Shown piece by piece: positions 1 through 12,477 of a stretch of 62,761 nt of DNA. The position numbers were made by a program, and so were the translations under genes. How positions within the stretch are numbered: the first letter of the stretch is position 1; each line of letters begins with the position of its first letter. The notes below the pieces were generated by a model. That model worked only from the letters and a program-made list of their open reading frames with translations. It did no database searches and was not told where the DNA came from. Where the stretch lies: contig JBKCGZ010000190.1 of the NCBI GenBank assembly GCA_046303115.1, positions 1 to 62,761 of the forward strand, given 5' to 3'. Origin of the DNA: Bacteroidota bacterium. Lineage in GTDB: Bacteria; Bacteroidota; Bacteroidia; AKYH767-A; OLB10.

Positions 1-1334
1 AGAACATCGTTAGTAGTAACATTGTCACGACCCATCGATATATTATCTTCAATCGTACCATTAAACAATTCATCCCCATTGATATAAGATCCTATTAACT
101 TTCTAACGGAATCAATTTGATAATTTCCAACTGGTAAATCATTAAAACAAATAGCACCATTTTGAATTTGAAATTGTCCAGAAATCAACTTCATCAAGGT
201 AGATTTTCCTGATCCATTATTTCCATGAATTGCAATTTTAGAATTTGACGGAACTTGCAGATTACAATTTTCAATAGTCAAATTGGCTGCATTCGGATAA
301 CTAAATAAAACATCCTTTAACTCCAAACTAATAGAAGCTGATGCCTTAATCGTCATGCCACTACTAATACTCTCCAGTTCAAGGTCAGATACTTGTCCGA
401 TTTTTTCTAACGATGTTAGTACATCATAAATCGTTTCTAGGCAAAGAATAATTTTTTCAACAGAACTAATTACAAGTAATATAATCAATTCGGCAGCGAC
501 AAACTGTCCTATGTTCATTTGCTGATTAATTACTAACACACCACCAATACTAAGCAAACATGCGGCAATAAAAACTTTAAATCCGATTAAATAAACCATT
601 TGCTGCTTTAGAATCATATAATGATTTTCACGAGCCAACAAGTATTTATTTACTCGACGATCGGTTTCATTACCTGCAAGGTGATTACTTCCAGCCATTT
701 TAAACGATACTCTAGCATGTGCCAATTCTTGTAGCCAAAAGGCTACGTTGAATTTATTACCTGACTCTTTTAAACTCGTTTCAAAACCTTTTTTACTTGT
801 AAATTTTAAAATGAAATAAAGCACAAGAACAACCGTAATACTTAATAAAATAAATAGAGGATGATAGAGTGATAACAAGAACAATCCAAAAACGATTTGT
901 AATGTTGCTAGTGAAAAGTCTATCAATATTTTAGACAATCCCTTTTGAACTGTTGTAATATCAAAAAAACGATTCATTAATTCAGGAGCATATTTTTTAT
1001 ACAGCTCTTCTGATTTAATATTGGGAATACGTAAAGCAAAATCAAAGGCTGCTCTTGCAAATAGTGATTGTTGAATATTTTCTGTTATGCGCAATTGCAT
1101 TACCTGTAATGTACCTGCGAGGATAATTCCAGCAATGACAATAATAATTAATACTATAAATGAGATAGAAATTTCCCCACCTTGTATTAAATTAATAATA
1201 GCCTGAATACCTAATGGCAGAGTAAGTGCCACGAGGCCGCTGAAAAAAGAAAGTGAATAGATCTGTCTAATCTCCTTATTATTCGCTTTTAAAAGCGACC
1301 AGAATCTAATTAATGGGTTTGGAAAGTTGTCCAT
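1..1334 (-). CDS. ABC transporter permease/ATP-binding protein (type I secretion/exporter type), partial, runs off window start
   Basis: Not in the ORF track; manually translated from ATG at 1334 (overlaps TetR stop, TAATG): MDNFPNPLIRFWSLLK...LPLGIQAIINLI...PELMNRFFDITTVQKG...IGQFVAAELII...Walker A GNNGSGKST. Confidence 0.9.
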   Translation of the reverse strand, partial: MDNFPNPLIRFWSLLKANNKEIRQIYSLSFFSGLVALTLPLGIQAIINLIQGGEISISFIVLIIIVIAGIILAGTLQVMQLRITENIQQSLFARAAFDFALRIPNIKSEELYKKYAPELMNRFFDITTVQKGLSKILIDFSLATLQIVFGLFLLSLYHPLFILLSITVVLVLYFILKFTSKKGFETSLKESGNKFNVAFWLQELAHARVSFKMAGSNHLAGNETDRRVNKYLLARENHYMILKQQMVYLIGFKVFIAACLLSIGGVLVINQQMNIGQFVAAELIILLVISSVEKIILCLETIYDVLTSLEKIGQVSDLELESISSGMTIKASASISLELKDVLFSYPNAANLTIENCNLQVPSNSKIAIHGNNGSGKSTLMKLISGQFQIQNGAICFNDLPVGNYQIDSVRKLIGSYINGDELFNGTIEDNISMGRDNVTTNDV

Positions 1335-2020
1335 TATTTTTTTGTTGTTGCTATAGATTTGAAAACAATTTCTGTAAAAAAAAGTTGTATATGATCTTCT
1401 TTTGTTGATGCATTTGTTAGTCTGGGTAAATGATCTTTAAAATGATGCTGAAGATGGGCACCTTCAATAACTGTTGAAATTAACATGTTAGGGAATTTAT
1501 ATTTCGGATTTAACTCCAACACAATTTCAGATACTTTTTCAACAAATTTTTTATACTCACCGAATGCACCCAGTTTATTTTCTTTATCAACTTCTTTATT
1601 TAAAAATGATTTAGTCGATTCAGTAAATACAATGCTATTTAATTTTTTCAAATTGATGTAATCATATTTCTCATCGTTTTCGATTTTATCAGTGATCAAA
1701 CTAATTGCCCTTTCTAATTTAACTTTAGGAGAACTGATATTAGTCGTGGCAAAAACCAAACGATATTCCATCCAGCTCCAATACCAATAAATTAGATAAA
1801 GTAACAACTTTTGCTTGCTTTCAAAATATCGATAAATAGATGCCTCTGTAGAGTTTATGCCCTGAGCTAATTTTCGAATGGTAAAATCTTCAAAACCCAT
1901 TGAATTAATTAAGTCAATGCTTTTAGAGATGATTTTAACACCTAAATCGCTGCTATTAGGATCTTTAAGGTAAAGTTTCGCGTTGACCTGTATCGGAATT
2001 GTGGTAGGAAGCTCAAACAT
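1334..2020 (-). CDS. TetR/AcrR family transcriptional regulator
   Basis: HTH GFEDFTIRKLAQGINSTEASIYRYFESK; start moved to ATG 2020 because a -7 box and operator lie at 2039-2059. Confidence 0.9.
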   Translation of the reverse strand: MFELPTTIPIQVNAKLYLKDPNSSDLGVKIISKSIDLINSMGFEDFTIRKLAQGINSTEASIYRYFESKQKLLLYLIYWYWSWMEYRLVFATTNISSPKVKLERAISLITDKIENDEKYDYINLKKLNSIVFTESTKSFLNKEVDKENKLGAFGEYKKFVEKVSEIVLELNPKYKFPNMLISTVIEGAHLQHHFKDHLPRLTNASTKEDHIQLFFTEIVFKSIATTKK

Positions 2021-2038
2021 GAGTAGTTTAATTTTGGG

Positions 2039-2059
2039 CAAATATAATAGTAATACTAT
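2039..2059 (-). promoter_or_regulatory. -7 promoter box (TATATTTG) with abutting palindromic operator ATAGTA-A-TACTAT, probable TetR autoregulatory site
   Basis: caaatata at 2039-2046; perfect inverted repeat at 2047-2059. Confidence 0.65.
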
Positions 2060-2305
2060 CATAATTGCACAATTTTAACAAAATTTAACAATTAATCTGA
2101 CATGGTTTCAGAAACCATAGAATCAAATCATAAAGGTTGCTGCTCTTAACTGTAATAAACGTTTGTAAATGGATATAAGTACTTAATATTTGTCGCGAAT
2201 AGTGCAGAACCATAAATTTGTCGTGGGGCGGAGGTGTGGTGGCCCCCTCAAAATTGGATTAAAATTTTCGTGTATTAACTAATCGGAATTACATCAAAAA
2301 TATTC

Positions 2306-2986
2306 CTATCCCAATACACCAACAAAATAATCCCATACCGCATCCTTCGGTGGATTGGCCGTTATAAAAACAGGCTCTTTTGTTACTGGATGTTCAAACT
2401 TCACAGCTCTAGCATGTAAGTGAATAGATCCATCGGGATTACTGCGATTAAATCCATATTTCAAATCGCCTTTTATCGGACAACCAATATCGGCTAACAT
2501 GGTTCTTATTTGATGATGTCGGCCCGTATGTGGATTGATCTCTAACAAATGATAATTATCTGATGAAGCAAGTAGGGTATAGGTCAGTTCACTTTTTAAA
2601 GCAGCCTCTTTGGCTACCTTGCTACAATAACTTTTATTTTGCTTTTCGTTCTTAGTCAAATAGCGAACAACCAATTCCTGCGTATGCATAGGTTTATTCT
2701 TAACTACTGCCCAATACGTTTTTTGAATTTCCTTACTTTGAAACATCGCATTCATACGTGCAAGGGCCTTGCTTGTCCTCGCAAAAATAACAACCCCACT
2801 AACGGGACGGTCTATACGATGAACTACACCTAAAAAAACTTCACCTGGCTTGTTGTACTTTTCTTTGATATAGGCTTTTACCTTATCGCTTAAAGGAACA
2901 TCTCCGGTCTTATCTCCCTGAACAATATCACCCGATTTCTTATTGACAACAATCAGATGATTATCTTCGTAAATAACTTCGATCAT
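2306..2986 (-). CDS. RluA family RNA pseudouridine synthase
   Basis: VHRIDRPVSG catalytic Asp motif, TGRHHQIR, PIKGDLKYG. Confidence 0.93.
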   Translation of the reverse strand: MIEVIYEDNHLIVVNKKSGDIVQGDKTGDVPLSDKVKAYIKEKYNKPGEVFLGVVHRIDRPVSGVVIFARTSKALARMNAMFQSKEIQKTYWAVVKNKPMHTQELVVRYLTKNEKQNKSYCSKVAKEAALKSELTYTLLASSDNYHLLEINPHTGRHHQIRTMLADIGCPIKGDLKYGFNRSNPDGSIHLHARAVKFEHPVTKEPVFITANPPKDAVWDYFVGVLG

Positions 2987-3802
2987 TTAGTATTGCTCCT
3001 TTTCATTAGGAAAATCTTTTGCCTTCACATCAGCAATATACTGTTCCGTGGCACACTTAATTTCATCAAAAAGATTCAAGTAACGGCGTAAAAATCGTGG
3101 ATTAAATCCTTGGTTTAATCCAAGCATATCATGTAGTACTAATACCTGTCCATCTGTACCATTACCTGCACCAATCCCAATCGTAGGAATTTTTAGTGAG
3201 GAGGAAACTTCTGTTGCCAACTGAGCAGGAATTTTTTCAAGCACTAGGGAAAAACAACCAATATCTTCCAACATTTTTGCATCTTCTCTCAATCGCTGGG
3301 CTTCCTGTACTTCCTTTGCTCGAACAACATACGTTCCGAATTTATAGATAGACTGAGGCGTTAATCCTAGATGTCCCATTACGGGTATCCCTGCCGTTAG
3401 AATACGTTCAATTGCTTCTTTAATTTCTCTTCCACCTTCTAACTTCACTGCATGAGCGCCTGTTTCCTTCATAATGCGAATAGCAGAGTTCAACGCTTCT
3501 TTCGAATTCCCCTGATAAGAACCGAAAGGTAAATCAACAATAACTAAAGCACGATTAACAGCTCTCACCACACTCGCCGCATGATAAATCATCTGATCTA
3601 ATGTAATGGGCAGGGTAGTTTCATGTCCTGCCATCACATTACTTGCTGAATCACCAACTAAAATCACATCAATACCTGAGGCATCAACTATTTTTGCCAT
3701 ACTATAATCGTAGGCTGTTAGCATCGCAATTTTTTCGCCCTTGCGCTTTAATTCTGTTAGCGTATGAGTGGTGACCTTTTTAATTTCCTGATGTACTGAC
3801 AT
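2987..3802 (-). CDS. panB: 3-methyl-2-oxobutanoate hydroxymethyltransferase
   Basis: [29 protein letters not shown] motifs. Confidence 0.97.
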   Translation of the reverse strand: MSVHQEIKKVTTHTLTELKRKGEKIAMLTAYDYSMAKIVDASGIDVILVGDSASNVMAGHETTLPITLDQMIYHAASVVRAVNRALVIVDLPFGSYQGNSKEALNSAIRIMKETGAHAVKLEGGREIKEAIERILTAGIPVMGHLGLTPQSIYKFGTYVVRAKEVQEAQRLREDAKMLEDIGCFSLVLEKIPAQLATEVSSSLKIPTIGIGAGNGTDGQVLVLHDMLGLNQGFNPRFLRRYLNLFDEIKCATEQYIADVKAKDFPNEKEQY

Positions 3803-3805
3803 AGT

Positions 3806-4906
3806 TTATTTTTTTGATGAACCAGCATTCAACTTTTTCAATTTTCGATTAAGTGCAGCGTTTTCCTTTTCCAATTCATGATTTTTTTGTTTAGTATCGT
3901 CCAATTCCAACATTAAAGCATCTATTTCAGGATCTACGGCTGAAGTCATAGTCTGCGCGCTTTTCAACGAATCATACTTATTATTTACAAACAAATACTC
4001 ATTGACTAACGAATCATACTTTAGCTTTAATGAATTATAAGCAGCAACCGATGATACATATTTCGACTCAAAATCATCTGGAGATGTATAGCCCTTCGCC
4101 TTCATTGTTTCAACTACCAATGCTAATTCATCATTATCATTTTGCAATTTTTCTATAGTGGCTTTCAATTTTGCTATTTCAACATTGACCGCAGCACTAG
4201 TCTCAGTAATAATACTATTATTATTGATAACTGCTTGATTACTTTTTTCTGTTTGTGTAACAACTATATTATCAATCGATAATTTCGTTTCAGGCCCAAT
4301 TAAAATTCCGAAACTACCTTCCTTATATTCAATATCATTAAATGATAATAATCGCTTAGAATTAATCATTAGATCATAACTTCTATTCTGACAAGCTATC
4401 GTGATGATGTTGTTTTGATTATAATTTACTAATCCTTCAGAAGTCACCCATCCATTTGACTTGCTATCTCCTGTTATGTTTACATACAATCCATTTTTTA
4501 CCTGACGTAATCTGTATTTTGATAAAGGACCAATTTCAAATATATAGCCGCCAATACTGGATTCCTGAAGCATAAATAAAACACCAACGTAGCCTTCAAT
4601 ACCTATTTCAATTGGGTTAATTCTAACATTCAATTGAAATGCTGAAGCATTAATTTTCTTTGAACTCAAAACTGCATATGGCTCACCTTTAACTTTTCTA
4701 TTCATGTAATATGATCCATTCTGAATCATAAATAAATTATTGAAATTAGATAGGGTAGGCCAATCGGTTGAAGCACTATCAAAATCTTCTCTGAATAAAG
4801 GCGTATTAAATTCAGCATTTACCAAAGCACTATTACTCATCTGAATTTGTGCTTGAGCAACAACTCCATAAAATAGCATTAGTAAAATGACAATTGTTTT
4901 TTGCAT
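3806..4906 (-). CDS. Secreted hypothetical protein: N-terminal beta-sandwich (DUF1080-like) and C-terminal coiled coil
   Basis: Signal peptide (VVAQA), LFREDFD start, beta-rich middle, heptad-rich C-terminus; tightly packed in operon. Confidence 0.7.
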   Translation of the reverse strand: MQKTIVILLMLFYGVVAQAQIQMSNSALVNAEFNTPLFREDFDSASTDWPTLSNFNNLFMIQNGSYYMNRKVKGEPYAVLSSKKINASAFQLNVRINPIEIGIEGYVGVLFMLQESSIGGYIFEIGPLSKYRLRQVKNGLYVNITGDSKSNGWVTSEGLVNYNQNNIITIACQNRSYDLMINSKRLLSFNDIEYKEGSFGILIGPETKLSIDNIVVTQTEKSNQAVINNNSIITETSAAVNVEIAKLKATIEKLQNDNDELALVVETMKAKGYTSPDDFESKYVSSVAAYNSLKLKYDSLVNEYLFVNNKYDSLKSAQTMTSAVDPEIDALMLELDDTKQKNHELEKENAALNRKLKKLNAGSSKK

Positions 4907-4915
4907 AACAGTTAT

Positions 4916-5800
4916 TTATAAACCTTTTAGTGCAGACTTTAATTTTGATTTCAATCCAGCACTCACTTTTACCAATGGTAAACGCACTTGGTCTTCCATA
5001 ATTTTCAATTCAGACAATACCACTTTTACTCCTGCAGGATTACCTTCTTGAAAAAGTAAAGGAATAAAACTATGGAATGGATAGTAATGCTTTTGAGCAG
5101 TTTTATTATCGCCCTTAAGTGCAGCATTAACCATTTGAGAAAACTTCTTCGGATAGGCATTAGCCACAACAGAAATAACTCCAACAGCACCAGCAGCAAC
5201 TAACGGTAAGGTGATGCCGTCATCACCTGATATTACTAAAAAGTCCTTGGACTTATGTTCAATAATCGACATTGCCTGTTCTACATTTCCACTCGCTTCT
5301 TTAATTCCAATAACCGATTTACACTGCTTTGCAATTTCAAGTACAGTTGAAGGAATCATATTTGATCCTGTTCGAGATGGAACATTGTATAATATCACGG
5401 GCACAGGACAAACCTTGTCTATTGACTTATAATGCTCAATGATTCCAGCTTGCGATGGCTTGTTATAAGCAGGAGATACTGATAAAATAGCATCGACACC
5501 TTTGAAATTAGTGCTTTTAATTTCTTCAACTAATTGCTGCGTATTATTTCCACCAATGCCTAAAACAACTGGTAAACGACCTTTATTGGTATTGATGACT
5601 GTCTGAATAACTAATTGCTTTTCGTCACTCGTTAATGTTACTCCTTCACCTGTCGTGCCTAAAACAACTAAATAATCGCAACCACCTTTCACAATATGCT
5701 GCACCAACTTCTCTAATGCCTTTACATCAACAGCTCCATTATTTTTAAAAGGCGTTACTAATGCAACACCTGTCCCAATAAACTTATTTCGATTTTTCAT
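4916..5800 (-). CDS. dapA: 4-hydroxy-tetrahydrodipicolinate synthase
   Basis: ALVTPF, GTTGE, LYNVPSRTG, GIKEASG, SGDD. Confidence 0.97.
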   Translation of the reverse strand: MKNRNKFIGTGVALVTPFKNNGAVDVKALEKLVQHIVKGGCDYLVVLGTTGEGVTLTSDEKQLVIQTVINTNKGRLPVVLGIGGNNTQQLVEEIKSTNFKGVDAILSVSPAYNKPSQAGIIEHYKSIDKVCPVPVILYNVPSRTGSNMIPSTVLEIAKQCKSVIGIKEASGNVEQAMSIIEHKSKDFLVISGDDGITLPLVAAGAVGVISVVANAYPKKFSQMVNAALKGDNKTAQKHYYPFHSFIPLLFQEGNPAGVKVVLSELKIMEDQVRLPLVKVSAGLKSKLKSALKGL

Positions 5801-6338
5801 TTTTAATTTGCTTTAAATAATGATTCACCTGTTCAATAAAAGCAGGTAATTGCGTTTGCTCATTCACACTTATCATAAAGTTGTAATATCGCTCAGCATT
5901 TTTAGCGTATTTCCCAATTTTGAATTTCGCCTTTGAAGAGGCTACCACATACTTAACAGGAATATGATGCCCAATATGCAAGTCTATAAGAATATCAAAC
6001 TCACGATCAACAAAACGTTTAACAATGGGAGAGATAGGCTTATAAAACCAATTTAAATCTTTACGTGTAAAAAAATCGAGACCTAATTTAGAAAATCGTA
6101 GTGTAGGTAATTCTTTCTGATCATAATATCCCAACGCCAAAACATCTTTATGAAATATCTCTCTTAAGTCTTTCACATATTTACGCACCATATCGTAATG
6201 GGCTTCATTTGTTGAATCGTATATAATTCCAATGCTTTCAGCCTGGTCAAAAGGAATAAGATTGCTTTTAAGTGTTTTATTCCTGAATTCATTCAAAAAC
6301 ACTACATGTGCAATTTTATGTCGTAAGTTTTTCTTCAT
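5784..6338 (-). CDS. Conserved hypothetical protein (DUF6913-like) found upstream of dapA in Bacteroidota
   Basis: DLNWFYKP, FDILIDL, SKAKFKIG motifs; ligA-X-dapA synteny. Confidence 0.7.
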   Translation of the reverse strand: MKKNLRHKIAHVVFLNEFRNKTLKSNLIPFDQAESIGIIYDSTNEAHYDMVRKYVKDLREIFHKDVLALGYYDQKELPTLRFSKLGLDFFTRKDLNWFYKPISPIVKRFVDREFDILIDLHIGHHIPVKYVVASSKAKFKIGKYAKNAERYYNFMISVNEQTQLPAFIEQVNHYLKQIKNEKSK

Positions 6339-6365
6339 CTTAATACTATCAAGTAAATTTAGAAT

Positions 6366-8393
<2,028 letters not shown>

Positions 8394-10337
8394 TTAATCA
8401 ATACGAGTAAACTTATAATTGTTAGGAGGAGAAACAATCAACGGAACTTTTTCAATGGTCACATTGCTTGTATCTAATCCGAATGCTTTCTCCTCTGAAA
8501 TCGTAAGTTTCTTCATGAAGAAATACATATTTAAAATCACTTTAGTATAAACATCCAACGTATTTTCATACGATAAAAACTTTTCCATTACAACGAATTT
8601 GAAGTCGCCAATTAGGTGTTGTTTGTTCAACGATGAATAACGACTTGTTAAATCCACTTCTTTGTTTTTCACCAATTCTTCTACTACCTGACGGAACATT
8701 AAATTAATTCGCGGTGCTACACGAAATCCTAATTTAAATCGTATATGAATTATTTTATCATTCACCAACTCGCGCACTTTATATTCCATGCGATAAGGTT
8801 CATCACAAACATCCAAGTGAACAAACCAATAAATATCGGCCCGCTTTGGTTGTTTCTGAAGGATACTATAAACAACTTTATTTTCTACTTCATCATCATG
8901 CGAAGCACTTGTAAGATAAACTAAGTGAGTCGAATATTTAGGAATAGATTCATCCTTGCTAACATCGCTGATGATTTCAAAATAATCAGGAAGCTTAACG
9001 AATTCAATTAACGCTGTATTAATTTTTCTTGCTTCTCTCCACACATACATAACTGCCACAATCGCAGCTGCAATAAATACGGTCACATAACCGCCATGAG
9101 AAAATTTATCAAGATTAGCAATTAAAAAAGCTAATTCGATTGTTGTAAATAAAATTACCACTAACCAAATTAAAATACGAGAATACTTTTTCAAATAAAG
9201 ATAATAGACCAACAGGGTAGTAGTACTAAGCATCGTAAGTACAATTGCTAATCCATATGCTGCTTCCATCTTACCTGACTCCTGGAAGTAAAGTACAATT
9301 CCAATACATCCTAAACACATTAACCAGTTTACGGTAGGAATATACAATTGTCCTCTGATATCCGTTGGATATTCAATTCGTCCTTTAGGAAGAAAATCCA
9401 TTCGCATACCTTCGTTAATTAACGTAAAAGTACCACTGATTAAAGCCTGACTTGCAACGATAGCTGCTGATGTTGCGATACCAATTCCGAAAGGTAAAAA
9501 CCAACGAGGCATTAACACATAAAATGGTTTTAAGTCGCCCAAGGTAGTTCCTGCATGTTGCATTAACCAAGCTGCTTGTCCAAAGTAATTGACCAATAGC
9601 GCCACCTTCACAAAGATCCAACTCACCCGAATATTTTGTCGACCACAGTGGCCCAAATCAGAATAAAGCGCTTCGGCTCCTGTTGTACATAAAAAGACTG
9701 CTCCTAATAACCAAAATCCTTCCGGATAACGAACGAGTAAATCGAACGCATACATTGGGTTGATTGCCTTTAAGACACTAGGGAATTGAGCCAACTGGTT
9801 AAAACCAAGAACAAATAACATCAAGAACCAGATAAACATTACAGGTCCGAAAAACCTTCCCACGAATTTGGTCCCGAACTGCTGAATAAAAAACAAAAAG
9901 AAAATTATTGAAATAACAATGGGTATTATCTCAATATTTGGATTAATCACTTCTAATCCTTCAATCGCAGAAGCTACGGATATGGGTGGCGTTATAATAC
10001 CATCCGCAAGTAAAGCAGCACCACCAATCATTGCCGGGACAAACAACCATTTCAGATGCATTTTTCGTACAAGTGCGTACAAAGAAAAAATCCCTCCTTC
10101 GCCTTTATTGTCTGCACGAAGTGTTAGGATAATATACTTGAATGTGGTTTGCAATGTTAAGGTCCAGAAGATACACGAAAGTCCGCCTAAGACTAATTGC
10201 TCGGTAATTGTTCTACTACCAACAATCGCATTCATTACGTAAAGTGGAGATGTTCCAATATCGCCAAAGATAATTCCGAGTGTAACGAGCAACCCCGCTG
10301 CCGTTACTTTATTATGATCAATATGTCCTGCTGCCAT
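8394..10337 (-). CDS. kup: KUP/HAK/KT potassium transporter
   Basis: GIIFGDIGTSPLY, ADNKGEGG, TGAEALYSDLGH, GQLYIP. Confidence 0.97.
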   Translation of the reverse strand: MAAGHIDHNKVTAAGLLVTLGIIFGDIGTSPLYVMNAIVGSRTITEQLVLGGLSCIFWTLTLQTTFKYIILTLRADNKGEGGIFSLYALVRKMHLKWLFVPAMIGGAALLADGIITPPISVASAIEGLEVINPNIEIIPIVISIIFFLFFIQQFGTKFVGRFFGPVMFIWFLMLFVLGFNQLAQFPSVLKAINPMYAFDLLVRYPEGFWLLGAVFLCTTGAEALYSDLGHCGRQNIRVSWIFVKVALLVNYFGQAAWLMQHAGTTLGDLKPFYVLMPRWFLPFGIGIATSAAIVASQALISGTFTLINEGMRMDFLPKGRIEYPTDIRGQLYIPTVNWLMCLGCIGIVLYFQESGKMEAAYGLAIVLTMLSTTTLLVYYLYLKKYSRILIWLVVILFTTIELAFLIANLDKFSHGGYVTVFIAAAIVAVMYVWREARKINTALIEFVKLPDYFEIISDVSKDESIPKYSTHLVYLTSASHDDEVENKVVYSILQKQPKRADIYWFVHLDVCDEPYRMEYKVRELVNDKIIHIRFKLGFRVAPRINLMFRQVVEELVKNKEVDLTSRYSSLNKQHLIGDFKFVVMEKFLSYENTLDVYTKVILNMYFFMKKLTISEEKAFGLDTSNVTIEKVPLIVSPPNNYKFTRID

Positions 10338-10446
10338 AGCGTTGCAAATATACTTTGAAAGCCTTTAAATTTTGAAGATTTAGCACCTTATTTTTAAGTG
10401 ATGTTTAAGCATTTTTTTTAATATATTTGAAGTCTATTTTTATACT

Positions 10447-10836
10447 ATGAATTCAAAAAACGAAAGACTTTTACATGTCCTTGGCAGTATTATGATTATT
10501 TGCGGCTTTTTAGCCTATTTCTATGCAGGACAGAAGGCTATCAATTTATTAGGCGCCTCAATTGGCTTTGGATTCATTGCATGGATCATTGCTTATCTGC
10601 AAAAAATTAATAAAGTTACTGCTTGGTACGGATTTGCTTTCACGCTATTATCAACAGTCATTTTTGGACAACGTTGTCTTGCAAACCTGATGACATTGAT
10701 AGGAATAATTCAAAATCGATTGGCATCAAATGCTTATCACAAGAGTATTTATGTTGTATTACTAAGCATTATCTGCGTTAGTTCCATTTGCTCCATGATA
10801 GTTTACTACGTAAATCTGGAGGAGCCCAAAAAATAA
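10447..10836 (+). CDS. Hypothetical 4-TM membrane protein
   Basis: Four hydrophobic segments; -7 box TATATTTG at 10422-10429; 3 nt from CDGSH gene. Confidence 0.7.
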   Translation: MNSKNERLLHVLGSIMIICGFLAYFYAGQKAINLLGASIGFGFIAWIIAYLQKINKVTAWYGFAFTLLSTVIFGQRCLANLMTLIGIIQNRLASNAYHKSIYVVLLSIICVSSICSMIVYYVNLEEPKK

Positions 10837-10839
10837 CCT

Positions 10840-11061
10840 ATGAAAACAAGAATCAAAATAAACTCAAACGGATCGATTAGAGTAGAGGGAGACTTTGAAA
10901 TTGTTGACCACGAAGGCAATGTTTTTAATCTAAATGGCAGAACATCTGTCGCTCTCTGCAGATGTAACTTATCAGAAAATCGTCCTTTTTGCGATGGTGC
11001 TCACAAAGGAAAATTTGATTGCCCATCAGTAGCGTTTGAACTACCTGCTCCTAAAGCTTAA
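10840..11061 (+). CDS. CDGSH iron-sulfur domain protein
   Basis: ALCRCNLSENRPFCDGAH motif. Confidence 0.92.
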   Translation: MKTRIKINSNGSIRVEGDFEIVDHEGNVFNLNGRTSVALCRCNLSENRPFCDGAHKGKFDCPSVAFELPAPKA

Positions 11062-12467
11062 TTAGGTAATTTATTTATTACATCCTGAAACATTGGATCT
11101 CCAAGTAAGGAGTTGAATTCTGTGGTTTGATTAACTCTTGCACGTTGATTAAACCCTTTGTTTCCTGCTGTCCTTAAATAATCAATAGCCTTAGAATTTG
11201 CTCCAAATCGAGCTTCCATAATTGCAGCTAAAAACCACGACTCGCTATTGTCAGGATCAATATAGCGGTATAAAACAGAAAGGTAATGTGCATCTTGATT
11301 GGAATTAGCCTTCATGGTTTTATCCAGATTCATGTAACACATCAGACTTAATCCGTTGCGGACACGCATCAACTGCGCTTGTTTTAAATTATTCTTTTCC
11401 GTCTGAATACTCCTATTTAACAGTTGCATTTCATTACACCACCACGTTGTGTCTTTTATCCCCATAGCAGCATAGTAACTATTCTTAATCCCTATCTCTT
11501 CTTTTATCAGATTTTGCTCAGCATTTTTCTCAGCTAAATAATCCGCTGATTGAATCATAGCACCGTAAGCTTTACCGTATATATCGACCTCCTTTTGATA
11601 AGCCAATGTCTTGAGAATTCTTTCGTAAAACAAGGACTTATAAATTTTAGAGCTTGCACAATAATCTGATTTATCAAGTGAGTCGTAGAATGATAATACA
11701 ACGTCTAATTTCTTTTTATCATTTTCGATACTATCGCGAACAGCATAAGCAGTAAAGATGGCCAATGATTCTTGTATTTTCTTTAATGATGGCCATTCGT
11801 GTATTCCTTTATCGCGCATGATTAATATTCTGCTTCGTTGTCCTTTATCCTTGATTGCATCTAAAGCAAGAATCTCAGGTAGGTTCATGTCGCCATCGTT
11901 GGCCGCTGCTATAATTACAGAAGGACTTAAATTCTTCCAGTTTTCTATTGGGAAACCAGCTCCTGCAATCATTAATCCTTGAATGCCTGATCCGCTCATT
12001 GCCAATAATGCAGCATATCGGGCACCTCCAGAAAATCCACCAACATACACGCGATTGGGAATGACAGGTAACTGACTAGATATACTTCCAAGTAATGTCT
12101 GCATTGTATGACCTGCGGTCTCACCATCTAAGCCGTTTTTAATTGCGCTCGTCGACATTAAAATATACTCAAATTGATCTGCTGCCTCGGTATATTTATT
12201 AATTGCAAAATGACCATCACCTTGCGGATCAAAAAGTAATAAGATGGGATACTTTTTACCTTCTTCAAACGACTTCGGTAAGTAATAAGAGAATTTTATA
12301 TTAGGGTCTAGTGAGCAAGATTGATCAATAATTCCAGATGTTGAACCACCCGCAGTTTCTGTTGTTTCATTGGATGATGTCTTTTCGTTATTTGAATTTG
12401 AAGAGCAAGATAAAATCAAGCCTGAAAGGATTACTAAAATAAAAGCAAATAATCTATAATATTTCAT
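11058..12467 (-). CDS. Lipoprotein with alpha/beta-hydrolase (esterase-like) domain and C-terminal helical/TPR-like region
   Basis: Lipobox ILSC; GGFSGG nucleophile elbow; GIHEWP His motif; start moved to ATG 12467. Confidence 0.7.
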   Translation of the reverse strand: MKYYRLFAFILVILSGLILSCSSNSNNEKTSSNETTETAGGSTSGIIDQSCSLDPNIKFSYYLPKSFEEGKKYPILLLFDPQGDGHFAINKYTEAADQFEYILMSTSAIKNGLDGETAGHTMQTLLGSISSQLPVIPNRVYVGGFSGGARYAALLAMSGSGIQGLMIAGAGFPIENWKNLSPSVIIAAANDGDMNLPEILALDAIKDKGQRSRILIMRDKGIHEWPSLKKIQESLAIFTAYAVRDSIENDKKKLDVVLSFYDSLDKSDYCASSKIYKSLFYERILKTLAYQKEVDIYGKAYGAMIQSADYLAEKNAEQNLIKEEIGIKNSYYAAMGIKDTTWWCNEMQLLNRSIQTEKNNLKQAQLMRVRNGLSLMCYMNLDKTMKANSNQDAHYLSVLYRYIDPDNSESWFLAAIMEARFGANSKAIDYLRTAGNKGFNQRARVNQTTEFNSLLGDPMFQDVINKLPN

Positions 12468-12477
12468 TGTATAAATA

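Noticed and set aside
2098-2110. TGACATGGTTTCA as another regulon box
   Set aside because: Spacer is N7, not N6, and there is no -7 box at the 23-nt distance
2222-2250. tRNA 3' fragment / attachment site
   Set aside because: No T-loop (GTTCGA) or CCA end in the right place, and no integrase in the window
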